Origin: a virus
Lineage: Duplodnaviria > Caudoviricetes
IMG/VR virus record: IMGVR_UViG_3300047561_001970
Location: 21,100-85,099 of that record
Direction: 5' to 3' (one strand)
Length of the DNA: 64,000 nucleotides
Below, one piece after another: positions 30,885-39,034 of this stretch; positions within the stretch are counted from its first letter, which is position 1, and each line of letters opens with the position of its first letter. The translations under genes were made by a program, and so were the position numbers. The notes beneath the pieces are model-generated. The model ran no database searches. It was not told the origin of the DNA and saw only the letters and a program-made list of their open reading frames with translations.

Positions 30885-33800
30885 GCAATACAACATTTCA
30901 CAACAAATTTCACAGTACCAATCATCACTCGGTATCAACATACGGTTATATCGACAGTGGTATTGACCCCATAGCAGGCATAGATGATCCTTTCATAGGA
31001 ACTTTCTATAATGTAATTCCCTCCTATGTACCTGCCATATCATCAAATAGTAAATTATGGCAATCAACCTTTACCACCTTGTGTGGTAACAGTGCAGATT
31101 ATTTTTTGTTTCGAACAACGTATAGCACAGTAACAGCTCTAAGCTCCAACTGGCAGAATGGTGCAAGTTTTGCCTCCACCTACAGCCAGGTGTCATCTAA
31201 CTATGAAAACACTTACACCATCACAAATACATATAGTGCCAATTGGCCATTCTTAGACACAACATATCGATTGACCTTGCCACAACAGGCCACACAGGCA
31301 CATACTTTCAAAGGCACCACATTGGCACCTCAAATAATCTCAGCAACATTTTATGGAGATTTTATGAACGGTGACACAACATCCAACATACTCACTGGCA
31401 ATGTTTTTAATTATGTTCGAAATTCCTCTGCAAGTTTTGTAGATAGAGATGGTCAAATAAGATTTGTTGGGGAAAATGTGGCTCGCTCCAATTATGAATA
31501 CAACAATGCACGTGGTGCATGGCAGTGTGAAGGTGCACTGTTGGAGCGGTCCAATACAAATGTTGTGCCATATGGTGCAGATATTGTGAATTGGGATGTG
31601 CTGCCAAACAACGGAATGAATTGGGTGTCCAGGACTATAGATGCTAACAACTGGACCAGTGTCATTCAAGGGTTAACAGGAGGCACAACACCAGTGTATG
31701 TTGCATGCAGTAGTGGTGGCACAGCTGCAAGATTGGCCACATCACAAGATGGCATCAACTGGACTACCCAAACATCAACAAATAACTATAACTGGGGTGG
31801 TGTTGCGTTTGGTGCAAATGTATTTGCAATTGTTGGTAGCACTGGTGGTGGCAATCGAATAATAACATCAAACACTGGCTCCAATTGGGTTGGACGTGCA
31901 GCACCTGAACAAGCTTCTTGGACATCTGTGGCCTATGGTGGTGGTATTTTTGTTGCAGTGGCTGATGCTATTGCAGTTGGTGGCACAACATTATGTCAAG
32001 TCATGCGATCTGATACTGGTGTCACATGGGTGTCAGCTGCAGCTGCAGAAGGTAATGCATGGACATCTGTGGCCTATGGCAATGGTATTTTTGTTGCTGT
32101 GGCTTCCAGTGGTGCGAATCCTGTGATGGTGTCCAGCAATCAAGGTGCAACTTGGACTGCATACCCATTGCCTCAGAGCAATGTCTGGCGTTCAGTAACC
32201 TATGGCAATGGTATTTTTGTTGCTGTTGCTTCCACTGGCACCAACCGGGTGATAATTTCATCTGATGGTGTGAATTGGAGCACAAGTGATGCCATAGAGC
32301 CAAACAGCTGGTATTCAGTAACCTATGGCAATGGTATTTTTGTTGCTGTTGCCCAAGATGGTGCAACACGCACCATGTACTCCCGCAATGGCAAAATTTG
32401 GCGTGGCTACCCAGCAGCTGCTGCACTTGGATGGCGAGCTGTCACATGTGGGCAGGATGGATTGTTTGTTGCACTTTCAAAAGATGGTGCACCCCGTGCC
32501 ATGACAACATACTTCACTGAAACATCACTTGCTGTTGATGGTGCCTCCCCTGCTTACAATTTACCCAGTACCGTTATCACCCCCATCACATCCAACACAG
32601 TATACTCCTACACAATGCCCATCAATGCAAGCACCAATTACATCCTGTCATTGTATGTGAAACTTGGCACTCTGCCTGCAGCAGACTATGGCATAAAAAT
32701 TGTGGACAGTGCATCCCTTGTTACATTGTCCAGTTACACAAACATATTATCGTCATTTTCATATGCGTTTCCTCAAACACAGTGGTATCGAATTGCTGTG
32801 CCTTACTTTTCAGCCACCAACACTTCCATTCGCGTGGCTCCTGCATACAAGTTCAAGAATTTTAACACTGAAAAAACTGTGTATGTGTGGGGTGCACAAT
32901 TGGAAAGGAATCTAGATGTTCCCAATATCGCCCCGTCATCTTATATACCCACCATTGGCCCCTCATACCACACAAGAGACACTGAATATGGTTATCTGTC
33001 TGGTGATTTTCTTAGTAATACTGAAGGAACATTTTTATTTGAGACCAGATTAATTCCCAACACAACAGCGGCGTCGGCAAGTGGATTTTCTTTGTACAGA
33101 TTCACTAATGTCGATGCAAGCAACGCTGCATCATTGAGATACAAGAGTGATTACACTGTGAATGCCAGGGGCATGATTAACAATTCAACAGCGCTTGGGT
33201 ATGACATCAATTCACCCAACAACAGGATTGATTATCCTCGTGCTGTTGCACTGAGTTATACTGTTAACAAAGTTACATTGGCAGATTCAGGTAACATTGT
33301 GGCAACTGATATTGTGTCCTTGGTACCAGGCAATTTGAGCAGTGGGTTCATTGCAGCGTCAGCTGCAGGTGGTCAGGATGGGTTCACTGGTTATATCAGA
33401 CGCATTGGTTATTATCCTAGGAGACTATCAAACAATGTGCTGAAGTTTTTGACGCTCTCTGCACAAGAATACATCAATGTGAATCAGATTGAATTGTACA
33501 ATTGGGATCTGTCTGCCAATCAAGTTGCCTTTATTAATCTATCAGCAAATGCTTTTGTAACAAATGTTGCACCAGCGGAAACAAAGGACAAAGGTGGGGA
33601 ATATGCTTTGGTGGTACAGCAAGACAGTACTGGTGGTCGTACACTTGTATTTGATACAGATTATGTCTTTTCATCCAAAGTATATGAATTATCAAGTAAC
33701 ACCACATCCATCATTGCACCATCCTCTCTGAGCGTAACTGTGATTCGATTCACAAGCAACAGTGACAAGTTGTTTGGTAAACCTACCAAATATTATTACA

Positions 33801-33958
33801 ATTTAAATGCAGGTTATACATATTTCGATGGGCCTGGCATAAACTTGGTTCCAGCACCAGCTGGTGCAAACACAGGAGATGCAATAACACCTGCAGGTGG
33901 GTTAACTGTTGGCGGAAGTGTGCCTTATTCTGATGGAGATGGAATAACTATTATATGA
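30881..33958 (+). CDS. Long paralog of the previous gene carrying BNR-like WxSVxYGNGIFVAV propeller repeats and a LamG-like region
   Basis: Same N- and C-terminal modules as 30129-30884; about 7 W..V..G...F.AV repeats between 31620 and 32500. Confidence 0.7.
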   Translation: MSNTTFHNKFHSTNHHSVSTYGYIDSGIDPIAGIDDPFIGTFYNVIPSYVPAISSNSKLWQSTFTTLCGNSADYFLFRTTYSTVTALSSNWQNGASFASTYSQVSSNYENTYTITNTYSANWPFLDTTYRLTLPQQATQAHTFKGTTLAPQIISATFYGDFMNGDTTSNILTGNVFNYVRNSSASFVDRDGQIRFVGENVARSNYEYNNARGAWQCEGALLERSNTNVVPYGADIVNWDVLPNNGMNWVSRTIDANNWTSVIQGLTGGTTPVYVACSSGGTAARLATSQDGINWTTQTSTNNYNWGGVAFGANVFAIVGSTGGGNRIITSNTGSNWVGRAAPEQASWTSVAYGGGIFVAVADAIAVGGTTLCQVMRSDTGVTWVSAAAAEGNAWTSVAYGNGIFVAVASSGANPVMVSSNQGATWTAYPLPQSNVWRSVTYGNGIFVAVASTGTNRVIISSDGVNWSTSDAIEPNSWYSVTYGNGIFVAVAQDGATRTMYSRNGKIWRGYPAAAALGWRAVTCGQDGLFVALSKDGAPRAMTTYFTETSLAVDGASPAYNLPSTVITPITSNTVYSYTMPINASTNYILSLYVKLGTLPAADYGIKIVDSASLVTLSSYTNILSSFSYAFPQTQWYRIAVPYFSATNTSIRVAPAYKFKNFNTEKTVYVWGAQLERNLDVPNIAPSSYIPTIGPSYHTRDTEYGYLSGDFLSNTEGTFLFETRLIPNTTAASASGFSLYRFTNVDASNAASLRYKSDYTVNARGMINNSTALGYDINSPNNRIDYPRAVALSYTVNKVTLADSGNIVATDIVSLVPGNLSSGFIAASAAGGQDGFTGYIRRIGYYPRRLSNNVLKFLTLSAQEYINVNQIELYNWDLSANQVAFINLSANAFVTNVAPAETKDKGGEYALVVQQDSTGGRTLVFDTDYVFSSKVYELSSNTTSIIAPSSLSVTVIRFTSNSDKLFGKPTKYYYNLNAGYTYFDGPGINLVPAPAGANTGDAITPAGGLTVGGSVPYSDGDGITII
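31915..32355 (+). repeat. Dispersed in-frame direct repeats encoding W(T/R/Y)SV(A/T)YG(N/G)GIFVAVA
   Basis: Four near-identical about 45-nt blocks, e.g. GGACATCTGTGGCCTATGG...GGTATTTTTGTTGC near 31920 and 32061, and TCAGTAACCTATGGCAATGGTATTTTTGTTGCTGTTGC near 32192 and 32315. Confidence 0.85.
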
Positions 33959-34947
33959 TGATTTGCAGTGATGTGGAGCCGGTGAGTTCTTTCTATAGTA
34001 CCAACCTGCAATCCAAGATTCAAAGCTATGAACGGCTTGGACAACGCATTTGCCGTGCATTGGGTGCGCCACTCATAAACATAGAGATTCATGCAGATCA
34101 ATTGAATGAGTTCATCAGCATGGCAAGTGAGATGTTCACCAAATTTGCAGGATACACACAAGAATATTTGGTGTTTGATAGCAAGCTGTATGAAGAGCTC
34201 AAAGGTCTGCGATTGGATGTGTTGTTTAGTTTGACCAAAGACTTTAACTTCAGAGCTCAATTCAAAGATGTTTCTCCAGAGATTAAATCCATGTACACAA
34301 TTGGTAAGATGGTCATTGGTGACCCAGCAGATCCATATCTATACCAGGTGGTGGATCAAAATCGTCCCAAAGAATTAGAATTGTTGAACAGTTATGATTA
34401 CTTGCTGGATGATTACCGCCGTGTCATTGATGTCACAGAATTTGAAGAAGGCAGTAGCAATGGCATAAACACTTTGTTCACCATTGAGCAAACATTGGCA
34501 CAGCAAACTTATTTCAGCTATGCTTTGGGCAACTATGGGTTTGATTTGATCAGTTGGAATGTTTTGAAGAATTGGTTGGATACTCGTGAAAAAGTTTTAG
34601 CTCTGAGACGGGATTTTCACTTTGACAGTCGCACACAATACATGCAATTGTATCCACCACCTCGCAACACACATTTTTATGGCATTGTCACAGCATATGT
34701 GGAACGCCCGCTGGTGGATATCATTAAGGAGCCATGGGTGTATCAATATGCTCTGGCCCTTACAAAGATAGCCATTGGATCTGTGCGTGGAAAATACCAG
34801 AACACTCAATTGTTTGGTGGAGGGTCCATCAATTATAATGATATGTTGAACAATGGGCGAGAGGAAAAAGCTGATTTAGAAAAGAAATTATATGAGCGTG
34901 CAGCAGGATTTGGTGATGCACCTCCACCTGAATTCTTTGTCGGATGA
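33955..34947 (+). CDS. Neck protein (T4 gp13-like)
   Basis: I.R.LGAPLINIEI..DQL.E.I..A.E.F; EPWVYQYALALTK..IG.VRGKY..TQL.GG..IN...M..G..EK..LE; PP.F.VG. Confidence 0.9.
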   Translation: MMICSDVEPVSSFYSTNLQSKIQSYERLGQRICRALGAPLINIEIHADQLNEFISMASEMFTKFAGYTQEYLVFDSKLYEELKGLRLDVLFSLTKDFNFRAQFKDVSPEIKSMYTIGKMVIGDPADPYLYQVVDQNRPKELELLNSYDYLLDDYRRVIDVTEFEEGSSNGINTLFTIEQTLAQQTYFSYALGNYGFDLISWNVLKNWLDTREKVLALRRDFHFDSRTQYMQLYPPPRNTHFYGIVTAYVERPLVDIIKEPWVYQYALALTKIAIGSVRGKYQNTQLFGGGSINYNDMLNNGREEKADLEKKLYERAAGFGDAPPPEFFVG

Positions 34948-35399
34948 AGTTTACACCAAAAAATAACAAGTACATACAGGGCATTTTTAAGCCCACGCAT
35001 GCACAAAAATACAAAGGACATGATTTGCCACGCTATCTTAGCAGCTGGGAATTAAAATTGTTTCGCTGGTGTGATAATAATCCTAATGTGATTGAGTGGG
35101 GGAGTGAAAGCATTGTTATTCCATATGAAAGTCCCATAGATCACAAAATGCATCGTTATATTGTTGACGCAATAATAAAATTAAAAACAGCTGGTGGCAT
35201 AAAGAAATTTCTGGTGGAAGTCAAACCACACAAACAAACTGTAAAGCCTGAAGAAACACCTGGTAAGCATAAAAAAACTCTTTTATATGAACAGTTAACG
35301 TACATACAGAATCAGGCCAAATGGCAAGCTGCAAAAAAATGGTGCACAGAGAGAGGATACGAATTTACTATTTTAACAGAAAAAGAGTTGAGAAAATAG
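34944..35399 (+). CDS. Head completion nuclease (T4 gp4-like, TnsA-type PD-(D/E)XK)
   Basis: QG.FKP....KYKG, Y.SSWEL....WCD.NPNV..W.SE...IPY.SPID...HRY.VD, EVKP, NQAKW.AA..WC...G..F.ILTE. Confidence 0.95.
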   Translation: MKFTPKNNKYIQGIFKPTHAQKYKGHDLPRYLSSWELKLFRWCDNNPNVIEWGSESIVIPYESPIDHKMHRYIVDAIIKLKTAGGIKKFLVEVKPHKQTVKPEETPGKHKKTLLYEQLTYIQNQAKWQAAKKWCTERGYEFTILTEKELRK

Positions 35400-35410
35400 A
35401 GTAAACCATT

Positions 35411-35418
35411 AATAAATA
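35411..35418 (+). promoter_or_regulatory. Late promoter AATAAATA
   Basis: 4 nt before ATG 35423. Confidence 0.65.
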
Positions 35419-35422
35419 ACAT

Positions 35423-36097
35423 ATGGCTTTAAGACTATTAGTTGAAACACCTGCTCCTGAAGATCAATACGAATACGTGGTTGAAGAGAAGAATGGTAGC
35501 CAATCAAGCACCATGTACATCAAAGGCCCTTACATGCAGTGTGAAGAAGTTAATAAGAATAAAAGAGTTTATGATTCAGGGGAAATGGATCGCGAAGTCA
35601 ATCGTTATATTCATGAAATGATCAAAACAAACAGAAGCATGGGTGAATTGAACCATCCAACTGCTGCTGAAGTCAATCTGGAGCGTGCCTGCCATTTGGT
35701 AACAGAAATGAATCGCTCTGGTAATGTGTATTATGGTAAGTCCAAAGTACTAACCACCCCCATGGGTCAAATTGTTCGCAGTTTGATCAATGATGGTGTG
35801 CGTGTTGGTGTAAGTTCTCGTGCTCTAGGATCATTGCAAGAGATGGGCAATGGTGTTAACCGGGTGAAAGATTTTCGTCTTGTGGCTGTGGATTGTGTTG
35901 CAGATCCAAGCTTTCCAAAAGCATTTGTAAATGGCATTCTGGAATCCAAACAGTTTGTTGCAACTGGTGATGGTCATTTTGAAGAATATTATGATTCTTT
36001 CAGTGACAAGTTGCGCAACTTGCCAAGAAAAGATGTGGAAGGTTATCTCAAAGAACAGATTGTGGAGTTCTTTTCGAAGATTAGCAAAGTTCTATGA
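35423..36097 (+). CDS. Prohead core protease (T4 gp21-like)
   Basis: YIKGP.MQ.E..N.N.R.Y, GELNHP (catalytic His), GVSSRA.GSL (catalytic Ser), D.VADPS...AFV.GI.ES. Confidence 0.96.
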   Translation: MALRLLVETPAPEDQYEYVVEEKNGSQSSTMYIKGPYMQCEEVNKNKRVYDSGEMDREVNRYIHEMIKTNRSMGELNHPTAAEVNLERACHLVTEMNRSGNVYYGKSKVLTTPMGQIVRSLINDGVRVGVSSRALGSLQEMGNGVNRVKDFRLVAVDCVADPSFPKAFVNGILESKQFVATGDGHFEEYYDSFSDKLRNLPRKDVEGYLKEQIVEFFSKISKVL

Positions 36098-36495
36098 ACC
36101 AACCAATTGAAGAAATTGCCCCAATAATTGCAGGTGCACTTGCAGGTGCAGCTGCTGAAGAGCTGGGTGCAGGTCTTGCTGGTAGATTGATTGCCACCAC
36201 CCTTGCAAAAACAGCTGCAGACAAAATGTCTGCACAATCTGAAGATGAATCAGAGGAGTGCGAGTGTGGTGAAAATGAAGAATGCGGATGCAAGAAAGTT
36301 GTCCAAAACCCAGCAGATTATATGCCTGCTGGGAATAAATATAATACAGTTATGAAAGAGCGCACACATATTGCACAACTTTTAAAGAATTTAAACGAAA
36401 AAAATTACGCCGAGGCCCATAAATATTTAAAGAAGATTATGGAGTCCAAATTACAAAACCGTATTGCCTCTGTGAAAGGTGTGAAATTATTCTAA
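36094..36495 (+). CDS. Small prohead core protein (gp67/gp68 position); possible internal start at 36352
   Basis: Located between protease and scaffold; acidic and Ala/Gly-rich N-part; AATAAATA at 36334-36341 precedes in-frame ATG 36352. Confidence 0.55.
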   Translation: MNQPIEEIAPIIAGALAGAAAEELGAGLAGRLIATTLAKTAADKMSAQSEDESEECECGENEECGCKKVVQNPADYMPAGNKYNTVMKERTHIAQLLKNLNEKNYAEAHKYLKKIMESKLQNRIASVKGVKLF

Positions 36496-36499
36496 TTTT

Positions 36500-37375
36500 A
36501 TGAGTACAAAAACTATCAAATCCATCCTAAAAGAAGCAACCCAAGATCTCCTGTCTGAAGAAGTTCTTAATGACATAGAAGCAGTATTCAATGCCAAGGT
36601 AAACGAGAAGGTTGAACTGCATGTTACCAAAGCACTCACAGAACAAGATGAAGATTATAGCAAGAAACTAGAACATCTTTTGGATGCTGTGGATGCTGAT
36701 CACACTCTCAAATTGCAAAAAGTTGTTGAAGCTCTTGATGCAACCCATGCAGACAAACTCAAAGCCATTGTAGAGAAGTACACCAATGTTATCCGTGCTG
36801 AAGCCAAGAGCTTCAAGACAGAGACCATCAACAATGTTAGCACATATCTAGAAACTTATCTGGATGAAACCATCCCCACTGAAGAAATTCAAACGGCCGT
36901 CAAGAACAAACGTGCTCTTGAAATACTTGGACAGTTAAGAACAATTTTGGGCGTTGATGCTGCCCTTGCGAAAGAAAGTATTCGCAACGCCGTCGTTGAC
37001 GGAAAGAATCAACTAAATGAAGCTTCCACGAAGCTTGAAGCCGTTACAAAAGAGCTAGCAGCTGCCAAAGCGCAACTGGCTGCTCGTGATGCAGAACTTA
37101 CTCTCGAAAAGAAGACAGTAGGTCTCACATCACGTAAGCGTGATTATGTTAACAAAGTAATGCATGGTAAAAATGCCACGTTCATTACTGAGAACATTGA
37201 TTATGCTTTGAGCTTGTTTGACAAGACAGAAAAAGAACGGCTTCACAACATCAAGGAAGAGGCTGTAACTGAAGCCGCTGCCTCACAAGTTGATCGCCCT
37301 GTAGAAGAGGGTGTTCAAACTGTTGAGGAAAGCGCTCAAGTCAATCCTTACCTTGCTGAATTATCCAAATACTAA
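36500..37375 (+). CDS. Prohead core scaffolding protein (T4 gp22-like)
   Basis: Coiled-coil, Glu/Lys-rich; IE.VF.AKV.E.V and terminal VNPYL..LSKY; directly upstream of the capsid gene. Confidence 0.88.
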   Translation: MSTKTIKSILKEATQDLLSEEVLNDIEAVFNAKVNEKVELHVTKALTEQDEDYSKKLEHLLDAVDADHTLKLQKVVEALDATHADKLKAIVEKYTNVIRAEAKSFKTETINNVSTYLETYLDETIPTEEIQTAVKNKRALEILGQLRTILGVDAALAKESIRNAVVDGKNQLNEASTKLEAVTKELAAAKAQLAARDAELTLEKKTVGLTSRKRDYVNKVMHGKNATFITENIDYALSLFDKTEKERLHNIKEEAVTEAAASQVDRPVEEGVQTVEESAQVNPYLAELSKY

Positions 37376-37457
37376 TTTTGGTTGAGGCAATTGCCTGAAT
37401 AATGTTGTAGAATTTACATATTCTACAGGTCGAAAATTAAGGAGAACAAAATCTATT

Positions 37458-38930
37458 ATGAAATCAATCAGACCGACAACGGCCTATATTGATGAGTCTC
37501 GCGCCAAAGCGTTGCTCGAAAAGTGGAAGCCAGTTTTGGATTACACTTCAGACAACGTCAGGCCCATTGAAGACGATCACACTCGCTTAAATACAGCTAT
37601 GCTCTTGGAAAACCAAGAGTCCTGGTGTATTGGCGAAGCGAACGTTGCCGGTGGAACAGGCTCGGTATTCGGTGGTTCATACAGTGGTACAGGTGGAATG
37701 GGTGGCCAAGGCGGTGCTTTTGGCAACGCGTCCCCCCAAGGCGACTGGTATGCAACTGGCGATTCCCGCTTGCCCAAGATACTCATCCCAATGATTCGTA
37801 GAACGTTCCCCGAGCTAATCACCAATGAAATTGTAGGCGTACAGCCCATGGGCGGACCAGTAGGTCTTGCCTTTGCTTTACGTTATAAGTATTCCGCTAA
37901 CCAGCTAGGTAATGATGGCGTCGACGGTTCCGGCACAAATGCCGGTGCCGCTCTCGGCAGCCCTCAATCCGCCGCTGCAGGCAAAGAACTTGGCTACCAG
38001 TATCTCGATACCCGTTACACGGGCACATCGAGCTCTAAACTCTCCGGTGGCGATGCCTTGGCAGCCTCTCTCTTCCCCTCAATCGGGGCAGATCAGGGCG
38101 TTGCTCAGGTCCTCGCTAACTTCGAATTGACGGGTAAAATCCCTCAGATCGAAGTTTCGTTTGAAAAAACGGCCGTCGAAGCTGGTACTCGTAGACTTGC
38201 TGCACGCTGGTCTGTGGAACTCGAACAGGATCTTAAGAACATGAATGGCATCGATATCGATACCGAACTCACCAACGCTATGTCGTATGAGTTGCAGGCC
38301 GAAATCGATCGCGAAATGATTGTTCGTATGATCCAAGTTTCGCTGAATGCTGGAGCCGGTACAGGTTATTCTGTATGGTCCCCCGCTTCCGCGGATGGTC
38401 GCTGGTTAGTAGAGCGCAATCGCGACTTCTACCAACGTTTGATCATCGAGGCTAACAGAATCGCAGTTCGTAACCGTCGTGGTGCTGCCAACTTTATAGT
38501 TGCAACACCTCGCGTTTGCGCGATTCTCGAGATGCTTCCTGAGTTTCAATGGGTGCCCGTCCAAGGCAATGTCAACACTCAACCTGTTGGCGTAGCCAAG
38601 GTAGGCAACCTAGGTGGTCGTTTCAACGTATACCGTGATACACGCACAGAAGCCCAATATGAGGGTGGATTGCGTGGTACGCGCGTAGAGTACGCCCTAT
38701 TGGGCTACAAAGGACCAGAGTTTTATGACACTGGTATCATCTACTGCCCGTACATCCCGGTTATGGTACAACGTACAATTGGCCCCAATGACTTCAGCCC
38801 CCGTGTTGGTCTTCTGACCCGCTACGGTGTTGTTGATAACATCTTTGGCGCTAACTTGTATTATCATACCATCTTGTTGAGCGGTCTCGGTCAAGCGTTC
38901 ACGCCCGGTACACAATCTGTGTACTTCTAA
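37458..38930 (+). CDS. Major capsid protein (T4 gp23-like)
   Basis: L.EKW.PVL, TA.LLENQE, ILIP.IRR..P.LI..EIVGVQPM.GP.GL.FALR..Y, R.L.A.WS.EL.QDLK..GID...EL.N.MS.E...EI.RE, G.L.GR..VY.D, YCPY.P. Confidence 0.98.
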   Translation: MKSIRPTTAYIDESRAKALLEKWKPVLDYTSDNVRPIEDDHTRLNTAMLLENQESWCIGEANVAGGTGSVFGGSYSGTGGMGGQGGAFGNASPQGDWYATGDSRLPKILIPMIRRTFPELITNEIVGVQPMGGPVGLAFALRYKYSANQLGNDGVDGSGTNAGAALGSPQSAAAGKELGYQYLDTRYTGTSSSKLSGGDALAASLFPSIGADQGVAQVLANFELTGKIPQIEVSFEKTAVEAGTRRLAARWSVELEQDLKNMNGIDIDTELTNAMSYELQAEIDREMIVRMIQVSLNAGAGTGYSVWSPASADGRWLVERNRDFYQRLIIEANRIAVRNRRGAANFIVATPRVCAILEMLPEFQWVPVQGNVNTQPVGVAKVGNLGGRFNVYRDTRTEAQYEGGLRGTRVEYALLGYKGPEFYDTGIIYCPYIPVMVQRTIGPNDFSPRVGLLTRYGVVDNIFGANLYYHTILLSGLGQAFTPGTQSVYF

Positions 38931-38972
38931 GCCGAACTCAACGGTAGTACTAAATTTCCAGTATGTCCTGGT

Positions 38973-39002
38973 AAAAAAAGAGGCCTTCGGGCCTCTTTTT
39001 TT
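38973..39002. terminator. Rho-independent terminator after the capsid gene (cUUCGg tetraloop), potentially bidirectional
   Basis: AAAAAAAGAGGCC-TTCG-GGCCTCTTTTTTT: perfect 13-bp inverted repeat with a 7-nt T tract. Confidence 0.95.
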
Positions 39003-39022
39003 GTTTAAAGGTATGCATAAAA

Positions 39023-39030
39023 TATAAATA
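39023..39030 (+). promoter_or_regulatory. Late promoter TATAAATA
   Basis: Perfect consensus, 4 nt before ATG 39035. Confidence 0.8.
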
Positions 39031-39034
39031 ACAT

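Noticed and set aside
31915-32355. Diversity-generating retroelement TR/VR pair or CRISPR-like repeats
   Set aside because: The repeats are in-frame propeller blades, differences are not adenine-specific, spacers are coding, and no reverse transcriptase or cas gene is in the window.
34944-35399. TnsA-like transposase or mobile endonuclease
   Set aside because: Sequence and position between neck and protease genes match the conserved gp4 head-completion nuclease; no transposon ends or partner genes.
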